Shown: one piece after another, positions 13,415 through 28,019 of the stretch | How positions within the stretch are numbered: the stretch's first letter is position 1 | Layout: each line of letters starts with the position of its first letter | Origin: Octopus vulgaris | Lineage: Eukaryota | Direction: 5' to 3' | Assembly (NCBI GenBank): GCA_951406725.2 | Contig: OX597819.1 | Location: forward strand, 86,552,001-86,616,000 | DNA: 64,000 nucleotides | Position numbers and translations under genes: made by a program | The notes under the pieces: model-generated | Seen by the model: only the letters and a program-made list of their open reading frames with translations | The model's database searches: none | What the model was told of the DNA's origin: nothing

Positions 13415-14860
13415 TTCAAGAAGTAATGGATAATTTCTGCTGCCTAGGTGACCTAATTAGCAGTGGAGGAGAATGAACTGGAAGCTTAATTGCTAGAATA
13501 AGAAAAAAATGTAGAAAGTTCAGAGAGCTTTTGCCACTGTTGGCAACTAAATGTCTCTTTCTCCAAGTGAAAGGGAGATTGTATGACACGTGTGCAAAGG
13601 GCAATGCTACATGCTATTGAGATATGGGCCCTGAATTCAAAGGACATGTGAAGACTAGAGTGAAGCTGCTATGCTCCACTGGATGAGAAATGTCAGTGAC
13701 AAACACTAGTGTATTAAAAGAAAAGATAAGGATAAGAGGAATTAAATGTAGTATGCAAGAGAGAAGACTGCACTGATTTGGTCATGTGGTGGATACATTT
13801 GGACAGTTGCAGAAAGAAGTGCCAATCACTGAAAGTGGATGGAACTTCTGGAATGGGGAAACCCAGGAAGACATGGGTCAAAGTATTGAAAACCATTCTC
13901 AAGAATTCTGAGCTTTATGAAGGAAATGACAAAGGACCGAGATATCTGATGCCTTGCAGTACTCGAGAAAACTTGTCTGCCATTGCAGACTTGATATCTT
14001 AAAACCACCTTCATAATACTTGTCTGTGAGGGGTTCCATCTCTACTCCATCAATGTCTCCCTCCATATTTCATCCCCTAGTAGTCATCACTTCTCTATCA
14101 CCTGAAAGCAGAATAGGTGCATACTATATCCCACCTGGCTTTCTTAATTACCTTTCTTCCCACACCTAAATCACTTCCATTTTCTAATGTCTTCCTCCAT
14201 CTACTTTTTCTATCAATCACTTCCTTTTTTGTGCCTTCTCTCCCCTCCATGTGCAGTTCTTCATCTTGCTAACTGCTATTGGCCTTAATGCCCTTACATA
14301 TCTGCTGAAACCTCTCGCCCCCAAGCCCTCCATCATTGCTTCAGTCAACTCAGTCATGTCCATTCACCCAACCCCAAACCTCTATATCACTTCACTTATT
14401 CTCACCACCCCTAATGTCCCTCGAGGGCATGTCTCAGTACATTGTTCCCAATATTTCTCTCTTTATCTTACTCTCTAACTCACCCTCTCTCTTTCCATCT
14501 GGGGTATCCAGGTATCTAGTCTTCAGAAAGATACCCATCTCTGTCCCTCTATACCTTTAGTCTCTCAACTGGTACAAATGCACACCCCTTTGATACAACT
14601 CGCCAGTTCCCAGTCAAGGGGGTTTTGTCTTGCAAGATACTGGTGATCTAGTCAGTGCTGGTGCCATATAAAAAGCATTGGTGCTGGTGATACATCAAAA
14701 GCACCAGGTACACTCTGTAAAATAGTTGGTGTCAGGAAGGCTATCCAACTGTAGAGACCATGCCAAAACAGAATGGAACCTGGTGTGGCTCCAGGTTTTG
14801 CTAGCTCTTGTCAAACTGTTCAACTCATGCCAGCAGAGAAAACAGACATTAAGTGATGAC
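13415..14860 (+). mobile_element. Degenerate RTE LINE 3' part with pyrimidine-rich 3' UTR
   Basis: ARIRKKCRKFRELLPLL..., KKCQSLKVDGTSGMGKPRKTW; the 3' end matches the shared ggaagggcatccagctgtagaaac tail. Confidence 0.8.
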
Positions 14861-14869
14861 AAAATATGA

Positions 14870-16253
14870 TAGTGGTTGACCAAACAGTTTGTTTGCCTTT
14901 TTTCCCCTTTGTGTATGCATACTCATTAGATACTTGATACACTAACATAGTTCGATGCAAACTTGCAACAAGATAGGTGGTATTTGGAGTGTTTAAGATC
15001 ACTGTGAAAATGGAGAATTTAAAATGAATATTTTTAACATGTCATGCTTTTTCTATTTTAAAAAGAGTAAGCAAGGAGTGGAAACCTGCAGGAAGATATG
15101 TACTATGTACAGAGAAGATGCTGTTACAAAATGTGTGTACCAGAAGTGGGTTTTTCAGAAATTTGGTCAGGAAATTTTTCCATTCAAGATGCACTTTGCT
15201 CTGGCTGGCCAACAACTGAGATTAACAAGGACAAAATGAAGGATTTAGTTGAGACCAACCCACATTTCATAACCAGGATCAATTTGATTGAATAAGCAGG
15301 CTTGGTGTTTACGTCTCACTTCAACTGAATGAGGAAAATGTGGAACAATGAACATCCATCTTGATTCATTGCAGATGTGTAAGAAAAAAAACGATTTTTT
15401 TTCTTTTTTTTAAGAGAATGGTGATTAGGGGATGAAGAAAGGATAGTCTATAACAAAGTGAATTGCAAAAACTTATGGAGGAAGTGCAGCAAACCACTAC
15501 ACATGAACTCCAAAGCAAGACTTCATTCAAACAAGGTTATGCTTTTAATTTGGTGAAAGGGTGTTGCCTTTACAGTCTTCTTCTATGAAGTGGACCATCA
15601 ACCTGGAAGTGTACTGTGACCAGCTGGAGAAATTTAATGCAGTAATCCGCCAGAAATATCAAAAACTCGCCAATTGTAAGAGAATTGTCTTTCATCACGA
15701 CAATGTCAGACCAGATACGTCTTTGCAGACACAGATGACATTGCTAGGGCCTAGCTGAGAAGTTTTGGCTCACCCACCATATCCACCCAATTTTGTGCCT
15801 TTATATTTCCACCTGTTTTAGTTTCTACAAAATTCATCTCTGAAGAGGATGTAGAAATTCACCAGGAAGAATTATTTGCCAATAGAGACAAGAAAATGTA
15901 TAAGAGAGGAATAATGGATCTGCTCATAAGATAGCAGAGGATGTTGAAATTAACCATAATTGTATCATTGAATAAATCTTTTTTCTTTTTTTTGTTAAAA
16001 ACTTGTATCTTACTTTGTTTTTGTATCTGGTTTGAAAAGGTTGCGAGTAGCAATGAACAAGCTTTGACAAACAAAACAAATTAAACAATTGATTAGTTAG
16101 TTGGCTATTTAACCAACTGAGTAATAATAAAGGAGTAGAATTGAACCAGTGCATGTGTTAATTATACTGGATTAATGACTTTCCCTTAGACACAACAAAA
16201 CTTGTATCTTATTTCCTTTTAAAAAATCCAAGCTAACATTTTGGTCAACCCTA
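14870..16253 (+). mobile_element. Mariner transposon relic
   Basis: TIRs tagtggttgaccaaa / ttttggtcaacccta; broken transposase with ETCRKICTMY, VFHHDNVRP, HPPYPPNF. Confidence 0.88.
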
Positions 16254-16578
16254 TGGTAAGGCTACTGAGAATAAAGAATTAAAAGTGTGTGTGAACAAAT
16301 TTCATTGAAACTTTAAATCTGATGCCAGTGATAAACCAATTAAACTATTGCAACTTCTTATTTATCTATTAGTAAAGTATATTAGTCTTAATAATGATGA
16401 AGATAAGATGGAATAAGGAAAAGGTTGGAATAAAGAAAAAAATCCTCAAATCCTACCATCACTGTCATTCTCAATTTAATGTTCATGTTTCCATGCTTGA
16501 TAGATCAAACAGGGGCAGATTTTTGTTATCAAACCATACTTATTTCAAAGGGGAGTAATAAATCTCTATGACCAGACA

Positions 16579-17024
16579 TACCGTAAAAATCCATGTAAAT
16601 TGCACACCTTTGTAATTTACGCAGGTGATTTTTAGGATAAAATTCATGTAAAATTCGCACCCAAAAGTTTTCAGAATTGCCAATATAACCAGGGAGAAAA
16701 GGTTTCCAATTTAGTTGTATTTAGCATAATTTCACTTACTTTAGATTTTATTAAATTTTCATTAAATAAAAATAATTTCTGTTTAGCAGGTATCACATTA
16801 AAAGCTATTAAATTACAAAATGTTTGTGTTGTCTGTCTATATAAATAAAATTGGTTTTGCAGGACTGACACCTGTCAGTGTTTTACTGGCTCCCTATACC
16901 CTCCTTCTCCTCCCTTATGAGACTGACAATGGCAGTCTGCTTTAGCCACTCAGTATACCCTCCTCCTTCTCCCTCAACGTTAGCATTCCAATAATAAAAA
17001 TAAATAAATGAAAAATATGATGCT

Positions 17025-17064
<40 letters not shown>

Positions 17065-18126
17065 ATGCATGTAAGTGTATGAGACTGTATTTAAGGGTGT
17101 TTGTGTGTGTACACATAACTGTATGAGATTACATGTGTGGGTATGTGTACATAACTGTATGAGACTGTATGTTTGTGTGTGTGTGTGTGCACACATGCAT
17201 GTACCTTTACAAGCCTGTGTGTTTGTGTGTCTCTGCATAACCAGAAATAACTGAAGTATTATTTTACAAATCGTGAGTATCTATATATATGATATAATGG
17301 AGGAAATTGTTGTATACAGTGCTGATGAGGTGCACTACAAGTAAAAAAAAAAAAGTCATCAGGTATTCTGGTGGAAGATTTCAGGAAGCATGGAAGTTTT
17401 GAAGAATGTAATGTCTCAACAGCTAATAACTGATGCGGGTAGTTTATTCCATGCTTCAGCAATTGTGAGCTTGGAAAATATTTCTGAAAGTCATGGGTGC
17501 TGTGTTATTTTTTGATTTTATAAGCATGTCCACAAGTGTTTATCAAATGGAATTCAAAAAGGTGCCCAAGGTTGTTGCTGGAAAGATGTAAGATAATCTT
17601 GTTTCTAATATACTTTCTTTTACATTTCTTGTCCACAAGAGATTATGTCCCACCTTTAGCATACTGTTGTATGTCTTTCAAACCAAAGTTGTTGATAAGA
17701 ATTATGAACAAAAACAAAGCTGACAAATATGCACGGGTGTTGCAAATTAAGTTTAATTACCAATAAACATCAGCTTGGATGACACTTCACTCAGCCGAAT
17801 GAAATATGTAAAATATAGCCCGGACCATGATTACCAGCATGTATGTCAGACTTCAAAAAGTAGTTAACAATTTAATGGTTTTGGTAAATTCATACAGAAA
17901 ATGTAAGTGTTATACTGTCCAGCATAAAAGTTAACTTCGTTATATTTAAGCCCATTAAATGAGTCAGCTTCTGGTATGAATCTTTGTGTTTTGTACGTCT
18001 TTTTCCAACAAAAAAATTTCTTTGAAAATTCTGGTAACGATCTAGTCATGTAATTTACGCACCCACTAAAGTATATTTTTATTTTTGTGGAAAAAAAGTG
18101 CGTAAATTACATGGGTTTTTACGATA
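16579..18126. mobile_element. Non-autonomous Tc2/pogo-like DNA element (copy 1)
   Basis: TIRs taccgtaaaaatccatgtaaattgcacac / gtgcgtaaattacatgggtttttacgata; homologous, inverted, to 62409-63770. Confidence 0.75.
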
Positions 18127-19743
18127 TCTTTGAAAAATATTAGAAATAACTGACATTTGTTCACAATCACTGTGTCAAGATAAGGAGATACAAATACTCA
18201 CAACCTTAAACACAAACACACACACACACGTATGATAAGCTTCTTTCAGTTTTCATCTATGAAATCCACTCACAAGGCTCTGGTCAGACTGGGACTATAA
18301 AAGACATGTACCGAAGGTGCCATATCATGGGAATGAACCTAAAAACCATGTGGTTGAGAAGAGAATTTATCAATCACAAAACCCCGCAAAAGAAAACATT
18401 GGTCAACATTATCCTAGAATAACTGTATCTGATACAGAGTTGGATTAGTCACAACTGAAAAGCCTTTGATCATTCATCTGAACTGTGTTAAACAACAAGT
18501 AAAATGGGAGGAAATGGTTGCATTTAGATTTGAACTAATGATGCTGTCAGAATTAATTAAGCAGCTTATATTCAGAGCAACCAATTTTTAATTCTAGCGG
18601 CAATGATTTTATTCATCATCATTCAACATCTACATTTCCATGCTAGCATGGGTCAAGTGGAATTTGTTGAGGCAGATTTTCTACAGCTTGGTGCTCTTCC
18701 GTTGCCAACCCTCACCTTTTTTAATATTTCCACACAACCAGACATGTTTCCCGGGGAAAACTGGAAACAAACAACCTTACTTGTATGATGATGAAGCCCA
18801 CTTACAACCATCCAATGGGGGTCTAGACCAGGATACACACACACACACACACTTACATATTAGGCTTCTTTCAGTTTTCGTCTACGAAATCCACTCACAA
18901 GGCTTTGGTTGGCCCGGGGCTATAATAAAAGACACTTGCCTAGAGTGCCATACAGTGGAGCTGAACCAGAAACCACATGGTTTAGCAATATCTATTTCTA
19001 ATACATATGGGACTGATCTAGAGTAGAATGTCAGACTAAATGTCTTGTAGTCTCTACATACAAGGCAATTAGTCTCCACATGTTCAAAGGTTAACATGGT
19101 TGTGTTTAATTTTCATTTCTCCAAGAATATTTTTTAAAAAGTAGCAGCTATACACTGGAGTAAATTTAATAAACTATATCGCTTGCCTTCAAATTTGAAG
19201 CCATGTGCCAAACTTTAAAATCATTACCAACTGTATAGTGACAGTGTAATAATATGAAGCCAACTAAATTATGAAAGAGAGAACCAAGTTATATAAGCTT
19301 CTTTAATGTTTCAAATTTTATGAAATATTTATATCTGGAGTCTTTCTCAATTATTACAATTACCACAGACTCCTACTCAATTAGAATTTTTGAAACTAAT
19401 AGAGTGCAAACTATTGAACTCCAAACTAGAAGTCAACATATACAGGCAAAGACAAATATATGAAACAGAAGACTAATAACAGGTTTAATAAAAGTATGAT
19501 TAAATAATGAAAGATCTTTGAAGTTAGCATTTCTGAAAGCATTAAAATAAAACATCAAAAGCTGAACAAGAAAATAATTTGAAAATGCAATTAAAGTAAA
19601 CAAGACAGAAATTTAGCAGAAAAATGTAACTTTAGTTTTATGGTTTAACTTCTAGAAATACAATCTTGACAAAATTAAGTAAGTAAATAATATAAATAAA
19701 ATTAAAAAGGAAAGCATTTATAGAAAAAGTGGTTGCTTGTTCT

Positions 19744-19777
<34 letters not shown>

Positions 19778-19980
19778 CCAGTTAACATCTATTTTCTGTA
19801 CTGGTGTGGGGTGAATGATTTGACAAGAGCTGACAACCTAGAGGAATTTGCTAAGCTCTAATGTCTGCTTTGGTATGGTTTCTACAACTAGATCCTCTTC
19901 CAAATGCCAACCACGTTTTAGAGTATATTGAGTACTATTTACATGGCACCAGCAGCAGTGAGATTACCAAGTAACTTGTG

Positions 19981-20292
19981 TGTGGAGGCACATGGCCTAG
20001 TGGTTAGAGCAGCGGACTCACGGTTGAGGGAGGGATTGCGGGTTCGAATCTCAGACCGGGCGATGTGTGTGTTTATGAGCGAAACACCTAAGCTCTACGC
20101 GGCTCCAGCAGAAGGTAATGGCGAACTTCTGCTGACTCTTTCACCATAACTTTCTCTCACTCTTTCCTCCTGCATCTTGCAGCTTACCTGCAATGGACTG
20201 GCGTCCCGTTCAGGTGGGGAACCTATATGCCAAAGAAACCGGGAAACTGGCCCTTATGAGCCAGGCATGACTTGAGAAGGAACACACACAAA
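19981..20292 (+). mobile_element. tRNA-derived SINE with V-domain-like 3' part, inserted in an RTE 3' UTR
   Basis: A-box tggcctagtgg, B-box ggttcgaatc; cctgcaatggactggcgtcccgttcagg...gaaaccggg; TSD taacttgtg at 19972-19980 and 20293-20301. Confidence 0.85.
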
Positions 20293-20943
20293 TAACTTGT
20301 GAAACAAGACTTCCTCCACTGAGGGGATGATGTAGGATTGAGGTGGGTGGCTTTATACCAGATAATGAGGGGTTAAAATATCATAGAGAGACAGGAATAC
20401 ATGTCTCACTGTAAGAGAGATGCATGGCTACAAAAAGAAAAAAAAAAGATTCAGTACTCAGAGTGAGTGAAAATTATATAGAACTTGATATGGAAGAATT
20501 ACTAAAATGCAGATATAGGAATAACTCCCCAAGGAGTTAGTCAAAATAATCTGAAAAATACCAGCAATAAGATATTAGAGCTCATGGATGGAAACTGAAA
20601 ATATTGGAAGAGAGTAATCAATTGAGGAAAAAGATTAATTAAAAGGAAAAATCCAAATGCATTAATTAAAATTATTTCAGATAGCATTGAGCACAATCTC
20701 TAGATTACTGATACCCTGCAAAACTAGCTGCAAACTTAAGTAGGAAGGTGGTGGTGGTGGGGGGATGACTGTTGGTCATAATGTAAAATATTGCCTTTGT
20801 TTAACAAAATAAAAAATGAATGAAAGTAATAAATTACAAATATGATTCAAAAATATGAAATATCCATTATAAGGCATGAATAATGTAAAATTATTAAAAA
20901 CATAGCACAAAACCACAATTTATCCAAATAAATATTGTTATCT

Positions 20944-20997
20944 GAAGAAGAAGAAGAAGAAGAAGAAGAAGAAGAAGAAGAAGAAGAAGAAGAAGAA

Positions 20998-21028
<31 letters not shown>
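20944..21028. repeat. Compound microsatellite (GAA)n(GAT)n
   Basis: Directly visible. Confidence 0.95.
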
Positions 21029-21706
21029 CAAATCTTACAATGGAATATGAAAGTTGTTGGTAAAAGGACAATCAAAAAAACCAAATGTGTTGGATGAGAA
21101 CTGTAATAGATACTGTAAATTGACTCAAAATATTCTAAAGTATAACTGTCAACTAAAATTGAATCATTTATATCACTTTAAAGAAAAATACTTGAAACAG
21201 TGATGCAATGTTTACTGAACAGTGTCAATAATTAGTAAGGGGTGTTGATAGAATAGATGGAAATATAATATAAGACAAATATTTGGAAGAATATCATAAC
21301 AGAAAATGGTAAGCTGGTGGCGAAAGAAGCCAAGATGATAATGGAAATTTAAGAATAAATCTTTGTTACTTTCAATTGTGTATCTTCGTAGAATTTTTAG
21401 CAAGCAGTTTAGAAATTTCATCATCAACAATGGCAATATTGTAATTATACACCGCTGTAAGTTCTACATAAATTCTAGATTAGATTTTATTCTAGTCTCA
21501 ACAAAGACAACTATTCTTTATTCTTATGCATAAACACCTGTAATTTCAAAAGATTCTACTTTTGCATTATTAAAATGAGAAAAAAAAAAAAAACATCTAT
21601 ATTATTGTCATGATATTTGTAAATTTTTGCAATTTATTTTAAGGTCTCCTATAGAGACAACATCTGTAAGCATTCTTTGTTACTGACAACAGGTAAACAA
21701 ACTTAC

Positions 21707-21770
21707 CTTCTTTTTTATGTCTTGAACCTTTTGCAGATGTTGGCCGAGTTAATTTTCGCAGTGTAATATC
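21707..21770 (-). CDS. TRAF3IP1: TRAF3IP1/IFT54 exon (64 nt): DITLRKLTRPTSAKGSRHKKE
   Basis: cttcttttag|GAT...GAA G|gtaagt; phase 0 start fits the previous exon; RPxSAKG motif resembles IFT54 mid-region; implies a ~25.7-kb intron. Confidence 0.8.
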
Positions 21771-24103
21771 CTAAAAGAAGAAAATAGAAATTTTTCTTTA
21801 TTTTAGGGTGGATATGCAAGCAAAGATGAGATACAGCAGTGTAACTGGATTATTTCATTTCAATAACAAATATTGTAAAAACAAAAAAAGCAGATTTAAG
21901 ATAATAAATAGTGTACTGAAACAAGAGGAATTTCAAGATAATAAATTATTCAAAATGTATTCAATAGAAGAACAGAAAATGTAATTAAGCTGAATTAACA
22001 TTCTAATAACTACTTTAAATTGAACATCTGAGAAAGTATGACGACACCATAAAGAGAATAAATAAATAAATAAAGTTTTTAAAAGTGCATGTCACTGATT
22101 GAACAACCATGATAATTATCAAGATTGTCATGACCTAAAACAAATGATAGCAACATGAAATAATATCCACACTTCAAACAACAGAAGAGCTGATGCATCA
22201 ACAATAGAACTTTAACATTTATAATAGACTGAGGCAACATAAATATTACTGAGTGGCTTAGCTCCGATGTTAGTAAATTGAATCCCCTGTGGATATTTTG
22301 TGCTGTATGTCAATGTGAAGGGAATAAATATCGAAACTCTTGGGAAACATTTTCAGTTGGTTAATCAACACTAAAGACATCAGAGTTAATCATTGGCCCC
22401 TATGATCTGTGGTTATGGAAAAGGTTAATTATTTATTACTGTAAATTCAATGGTGCTTTTTTAAAAAAAATTCTTTGAGTTCTCACAGATCTTAGCATCT
22501 CTTGAATGAAATACAAAGGGTCATTTCCTATTACCTACACCAAACCCCAAACCAAAATTTACACCTGCACAGCAAGTTCCATCACACTGCTGAACACCAT
22601 CATCTGGCACTTGAGTACCTAAAGTAAAGTCCACTCCAAAACAATAATTTGGTCAAAGTCTCAGGTTTGAGAACACCTTCCTACCTCCCACCCACCAGTC
22701 CTGGGGGTCCTGTTTAGGAGTCAGGAGCAACGTCTTTCATTTTGACTAAGTTCAAGCTGTGTTATTTAGAAATATGCTTTGCAAACCATGTAGTTAGGGG
22801 GTTCAGTACCATTCTATACTATAGCCCATGGGTCAATCAGCAGCAGCACTAGGCTCTGATCTGATATGGAACTGCTACCACAATTTTTAATCTTTCCATT
22901 CTATCAATGTGCCATTGGAACACCAACACAAGTTAGATTAAATAAGGAAACCTTCTTCATTGAAAAATATAAGCCAAAACTTAAGCATTTCTAACATTTT
23001 TAAATAAAGAAACTAACCTCATTGAAAAAAATATAAAGCAAAACCTAACCACTTATATGTGGTTAGGTAAAATCATGTTGAATTAATCAAGCCTAGTCAT
23101 TCCCAACATTTTTGATTATCTCCCTTATACCAGAAAAATTCTGATTACCTTCCCCTGCCTGGAATTCCATATTTCACAACATAGCAAAGACATGATATGG
23201 TATAGGTAAAGAACTTTGAGAAATTTGAAAAGAAAATATGAAACTGGTTATTTCTCCAAAAACTATGTTACCATACACAAAATTTTACAACATTTTTCTA
23301 AGATAACAATTTAAATATATTCTTTAACCATATAACACAAGCCCTCTGTAGTTTTTTCACTCTTTTTTGATTGTTTCATATATATATATACAACGGACTT
23401 CTTTCAGTTTCTGTCAACCAAACCCACTCACAAGGCTTTGGTCAGCCCGAAGTTATAATAGAAGACACTTGCCCAAGGTGCCATGCAGTGGGACTGAACC
23501 CAGAACTATGTGGTTGGTAAGCAAGCTACTTACAACACAACCGCTCCCACTGAGAATATAGGTGTTTTTCAATCTTTTAACCAAGCAGCAAGAAACTATC
23601 CATGATACTTTACAAAGACTGTGATTAGTGGAAGGAAGTTAGCCTCAACTTCTAGCCTTTCAACAGTGACAACAGTCATGAAATATATATCACAAAACGC
23701 ATACAGCTACTGCAAAGTAAAAAATGCATTACACTGTATAAGGTGACAATAAAATTATATGTAGGCTTCCCTGACACTTGTGTAGGAGTGACAGCTTGGA
23801 ATATCAATGAGCAAACTATCCTAAAAAGAAAACTACGTCCATTTTTTAAAAATCAAAATGCATCAAATAAACACAATGAATCTACCAACAAACTCAGTGT
23901 GAATATCATAATATGCCTTTGATACAACACTATGGTTGATAACTATGTCAGTTTATAAATTAGAGTATCAGAGCATGAACCCAGTTTCAACTTTAAGTCT
24001 GGAAATATGCACATTTCTCACCTCCAGCTGATTGAACAAGTTTATACTCATATACATTCAAATGTGCATGTGTTTATATCAACAGCCTATATGGTAATAA
24101 ATA

Positions 24104-24152
<49 letters not shown>

Positions 24153-24224
24153 GCTAAATGATGATGAGGATGATGATGATATACATATATATATATATTA
24201 TATATATGCATATTTATTACCATA

Positions 24225-25399
24225 TAGGCAGTTCAGGCTAAATTTGAAAGTATTTTCAAAATTCAAAAGAAAATCAACTAGATTATGGTTGGGAGATAAC
24301 AGATAATTTAAAGCAGTCGCCCTCAGCTTCCACCATGGCCTCAAGATGGTTTTGAAATCTTGTCCTTGCATTCCTCACTGTGTGGGAAAATCTTGAAACA
24401 CCTTGATCTTGGTCACCAGCAGAGCAGTTAGTATTTGTCTCAGTCATGCCCCCTACATAGTAATCCATGATTATTACAATCAAGGGAATTAGGAGGTCAG
24501 AAATTGTGACTGGTGAAGTTGTGGAAATTCTTCTGATTCCCTCTGGATCTATTGCAAAGAGTCAAATCTTGCTGAAACACATATGACCTTCCAGAAGTAA
24601 CCCTCTCCAGCAGCTTCGCACAGCTGTCTGAGCTGAACCTGACGCTGTTCAATGAAGCGGGGTGGCATAACATCACCCTCACTGGAGGGACACCTATGGA
24701 CCATCACAGTTTGGAGGAACTTGGTTCTCATGATACGTGGGATTGTAGACAAGCCACCTGTCATTCTATGTGTTGTGCAACCGGTCTTGGCAGAAGTTCT
24801 TTTCATTTGAGAAAAACCAGATGATCCTCGACTCAACAGGATGCCTTGGCTTATTCAGGAGCTTCTTTGTCTTCATCAAACAGTTCTCCTTGGCTGTCAT
24901 AATTTGTCCCTTGCACCTTTTGAATGAGTGGTAGCAAAGGACCTCATTCAAAGTCAGCTTCATGGTGGCAACTCCAACATCCATCTTTCTCACCAAAACC
25001 CAGGTTTCTTTGCTTGAATCTTTCATCACCTTGTCCTGTTGGATTATTTCTGGCATGTGGATACAGTCAGAATATCCACTGTGTAACTTTTTGCTGGCTA
25101 GTTCGGTAGTCCCCATTGCAGCTGTCCATGTCACATCTCACAGTCTTTACCATATTCAGAGAGCATTGAGCAGTGGTCATGATGTTGGCATTCGATACCT
25201 TGTGCAAATTATCATGATACAACTCTTTTCCAATATCCAGATGACTTCAACTCCTCCGCATCAACCAATTTTTTCTCAACAACTTTAATGTTTATGCTCT
25301 CCAAAACCACTGGCTGTTTGCCAATACATCAAGCTGTTCCTGAAAAAAAAAAAAAAGACAAACACAAAAAATTGTCAACTTTAGCTAGAACACCCTGTA
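24225..25399 (-). mobile_element. Tc1/mariner-superfamily relic, probably maT (DD37D)-like
   Basis: TIRs taggcagttcaggctaaatttga / tcaactttagctagaacaccctgta; motifs WFFSNEKNF, YVFQQD, PPNSLDC..MDYYV. Confidence 0.8.
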
Positions 25400-26717
25400 T
25401 ATAGGTACAATATTGAGTATGATACTAGATCTAAATTAGTGTCTGACCTCCTGCCTCTTTTATGTATTTGGTATTTTTTTGTTTTCCTTTTTTTGCCAAG
25501 AAGTTAAAATTAAATCTAGTTAGAGAAAATCTATTTCTATTTTTTTTACACATTTGTACTATAAGAAAATATGTCAAAAAATACTTTATAAATTAAATGA
25601 TTTTAATAATAATATAAATAAAAATGATTTATACAGCCGTGTATATTTTCAAAGCCAGCCATCATGACAGAAAGAAATGGGGGGGAAGGAAGGAAGAGGA
25701 CAGCGACAGGGGGTGGGTAGAGAGAGAGAAGGTGGGGAGAGATAGAGATGTACCAATGATAATGCTAAGTACAGTGTTATAAACATTACAGTCAAGTGAA
25801 ATCAAAAAGTGATTAATCATGGCTGTTAACAAGAAGTTGAGCAATGAATGTATAACAGACACATATGTCTGTACATTGAAACTGAGGTCTATAAAAACCC
25901 TCTTGAGACTAAGTGTCAGAGAGTTACAGTGAAACTACCTCTACAACCAATGATACCAGTGGTGCTACAAAAATTTTTAATGCCTCACAAAACTTAACCA
26001 TTTTACAGGTGTTTTTAGATGGCTAAAGCAGCTCTTCCACAGTGTATTTACAGGTATATTTGATGACAGAGCAAAATTGAACTTCATCGCACCAATTACA
26101 CAAAATACCATATTTAGTTATATGTTCTTGTTCAAAGATCTGATATCACAATGGATGTTAAAGCCAGTGCTAGGATCAGGTCAGTCCATTTCTCAATTCC
26201 TTAAGAATATATGGCAGTGTGGTAAAGTTATCTTTTATTTTCTACTTGCTTCAATGACTGGACTGCAGTCATGCAGGAGAACCACCTTGAAGGCTTTTAG
26301 TCAAACGAACTGACACTCAGTAATTGTTCTTTAAATCCTGGTACATTTTCTAATGGTCTGTTATGCCAAGCTACTAAGTTACAAGGAGATAAAAAAAAAA
26401 ACCAACACAACAGTTGCCAAGTGGTGATGGAAGACAAACAGAAATACAAATATATGTACACACACACACATACACACACATATACACAAGACAGGCTTTT
26501 TTTCAGTTTCTGTCTAACAAAATAACAAGGATTTGGTTAGCCTGGAGTTATAGTAAAAGACATTTGCCCAAGGTACCTTGCAGTAGGACTGAAACCAGAA
26601 AAATGTGGCAGGGAAGCAAGTTTGTTACCACACAGCCACTACTGCACCATAACTGTGATAAAGTCAAAAATCAATTCCAAACTACATTAAAACACATGTC
26701 ATTATATATATATATAT

Positions 26718-27022
26718 AAGTATCATCATCACCATCAAGTTTTCTTATTATTATTGTTTCCCCATATATTGGCGTTATCGTTGTCTTTCGTCTCAAATGC
26801 TAGCTGAAGCATATAAACTTTCATTCGCAAAAACATCTCGTCTCAAATTTGGTCTTTCTTTCTGTCGCTTAATTCTCTAACCCATCTTTTCCCAACTTCC
26901 ACTCATAGAAACTTATGCACACGATCGCAAAGCATTCCATCTCAAATCCTGTCTTTCTTTCTGCCGCCTAAAAATCTCATCTTCTCCCATTGCGCGGTGT
27001 CGTTTTGTCCCTCTGTTATCAC

Positions 27023-27059
<37 letters not shown>

Positions 27060-27498
27060 ATGTGGTGTCGGTTTCTCCCTCTGTTATCACTGTCTCTCTC
27101 TCTCTCTGTATATATATCTCGCCTTCACTCGCTTCCACAGGCTTAGCCAATACGCAAGATGAAAAATATCAGCTAAGTCCTGTTCCTTCTTTTCATTGTT
27201 TTTGCAAGTATCATCATCACCATCAAGCCTTCTTATTATTATTGTTTCCCCATATATTGGCGTTATCGTTGTCTTTCGTCTCAAATGCTAGCTGAAGCAT
27301 ATAAACTTTCATTCACAAAAACTTCGCAAAAACATCTCGTCTCAAATTTGGTCTTTCTTTCTGTCGCTTAATTCTCTAACCCATCTTTTCCCAACTTCCA
27401 CTCATAGAAACTTATGCACACGATCGCAAAGCATTCCATCTCAAATCCTGTCTTTCTTTCTGCTGCCTAAAAATCTCATCTTCTCCCATTGCGCGGTG
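26718..27498. repeat. Near-identical ~285-bp direct repeat pair (26718-26999, 27206-27498)
   Basis: aagtatcatcatcaccatcaag...ctcccattgcgcggtg occurs twice, separated by ~205 bp. Confidence 0.9.
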
Positions 27499-27690
27499 CG
27501 CCCGCCACCACCAATACCACCCCCACCACCAATACCACCCCCACCACCAATACCACCCCCACCACCACCACCAATACCACCCCCACCACCAATACGCCCC
27601 ACCCCCACCACCCATACCCCCCCACACCACCAATACCACCCCACCACCCCCACCACCAATACCACCCCCACCAATCCTACTACCAATGCC
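27499..27690. repeat. C-rich minisatellite, ~18-bp unit ccaccaccaataccaccc
   Basis: Directly visible; G-rich on the minus strand. Confidence 0.9.
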
Positions 27691-28019
27691 TCAATCCTAC
27701 TATCTCCTTCCAGTCCCCTCCATGCCTCCTAATATCCTACGTTTTTATTTCTTACGAACCTGCACCAACCCTTCCTGCCATCGTTCCTCCTTACCCCCCA
27801 ACCTCCCCCACACCTACCCATATATATATATACACATCCTACGTTTATATTTCTTACGAACCTTCACCAACCCTTCCTGCCATCGTTCCTCCTTACCCCA
27901 ACCTTCCCCACTGGTGCTCCCCTATATTACCCGCACCCCTTTACTATCTCTCCCTCTCTTTTCACTGGTGAAACCTTTCTCAGCTGGACCCCCCCCCTCA
28001 ACTCTACCCCACATCCCGT

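Noticed and set aside
19983-20060. tRNA gene (also 56357-56430, 61225-61295)
   Set aside because: tRNA-like A/B boxes run into SINE bodies with tails or TSDs and no proper acceptor stem.
20847-21071. Poly-Ser protein
   Set aside because: Translation of the (GAA)n(GAT)n microsatellite.
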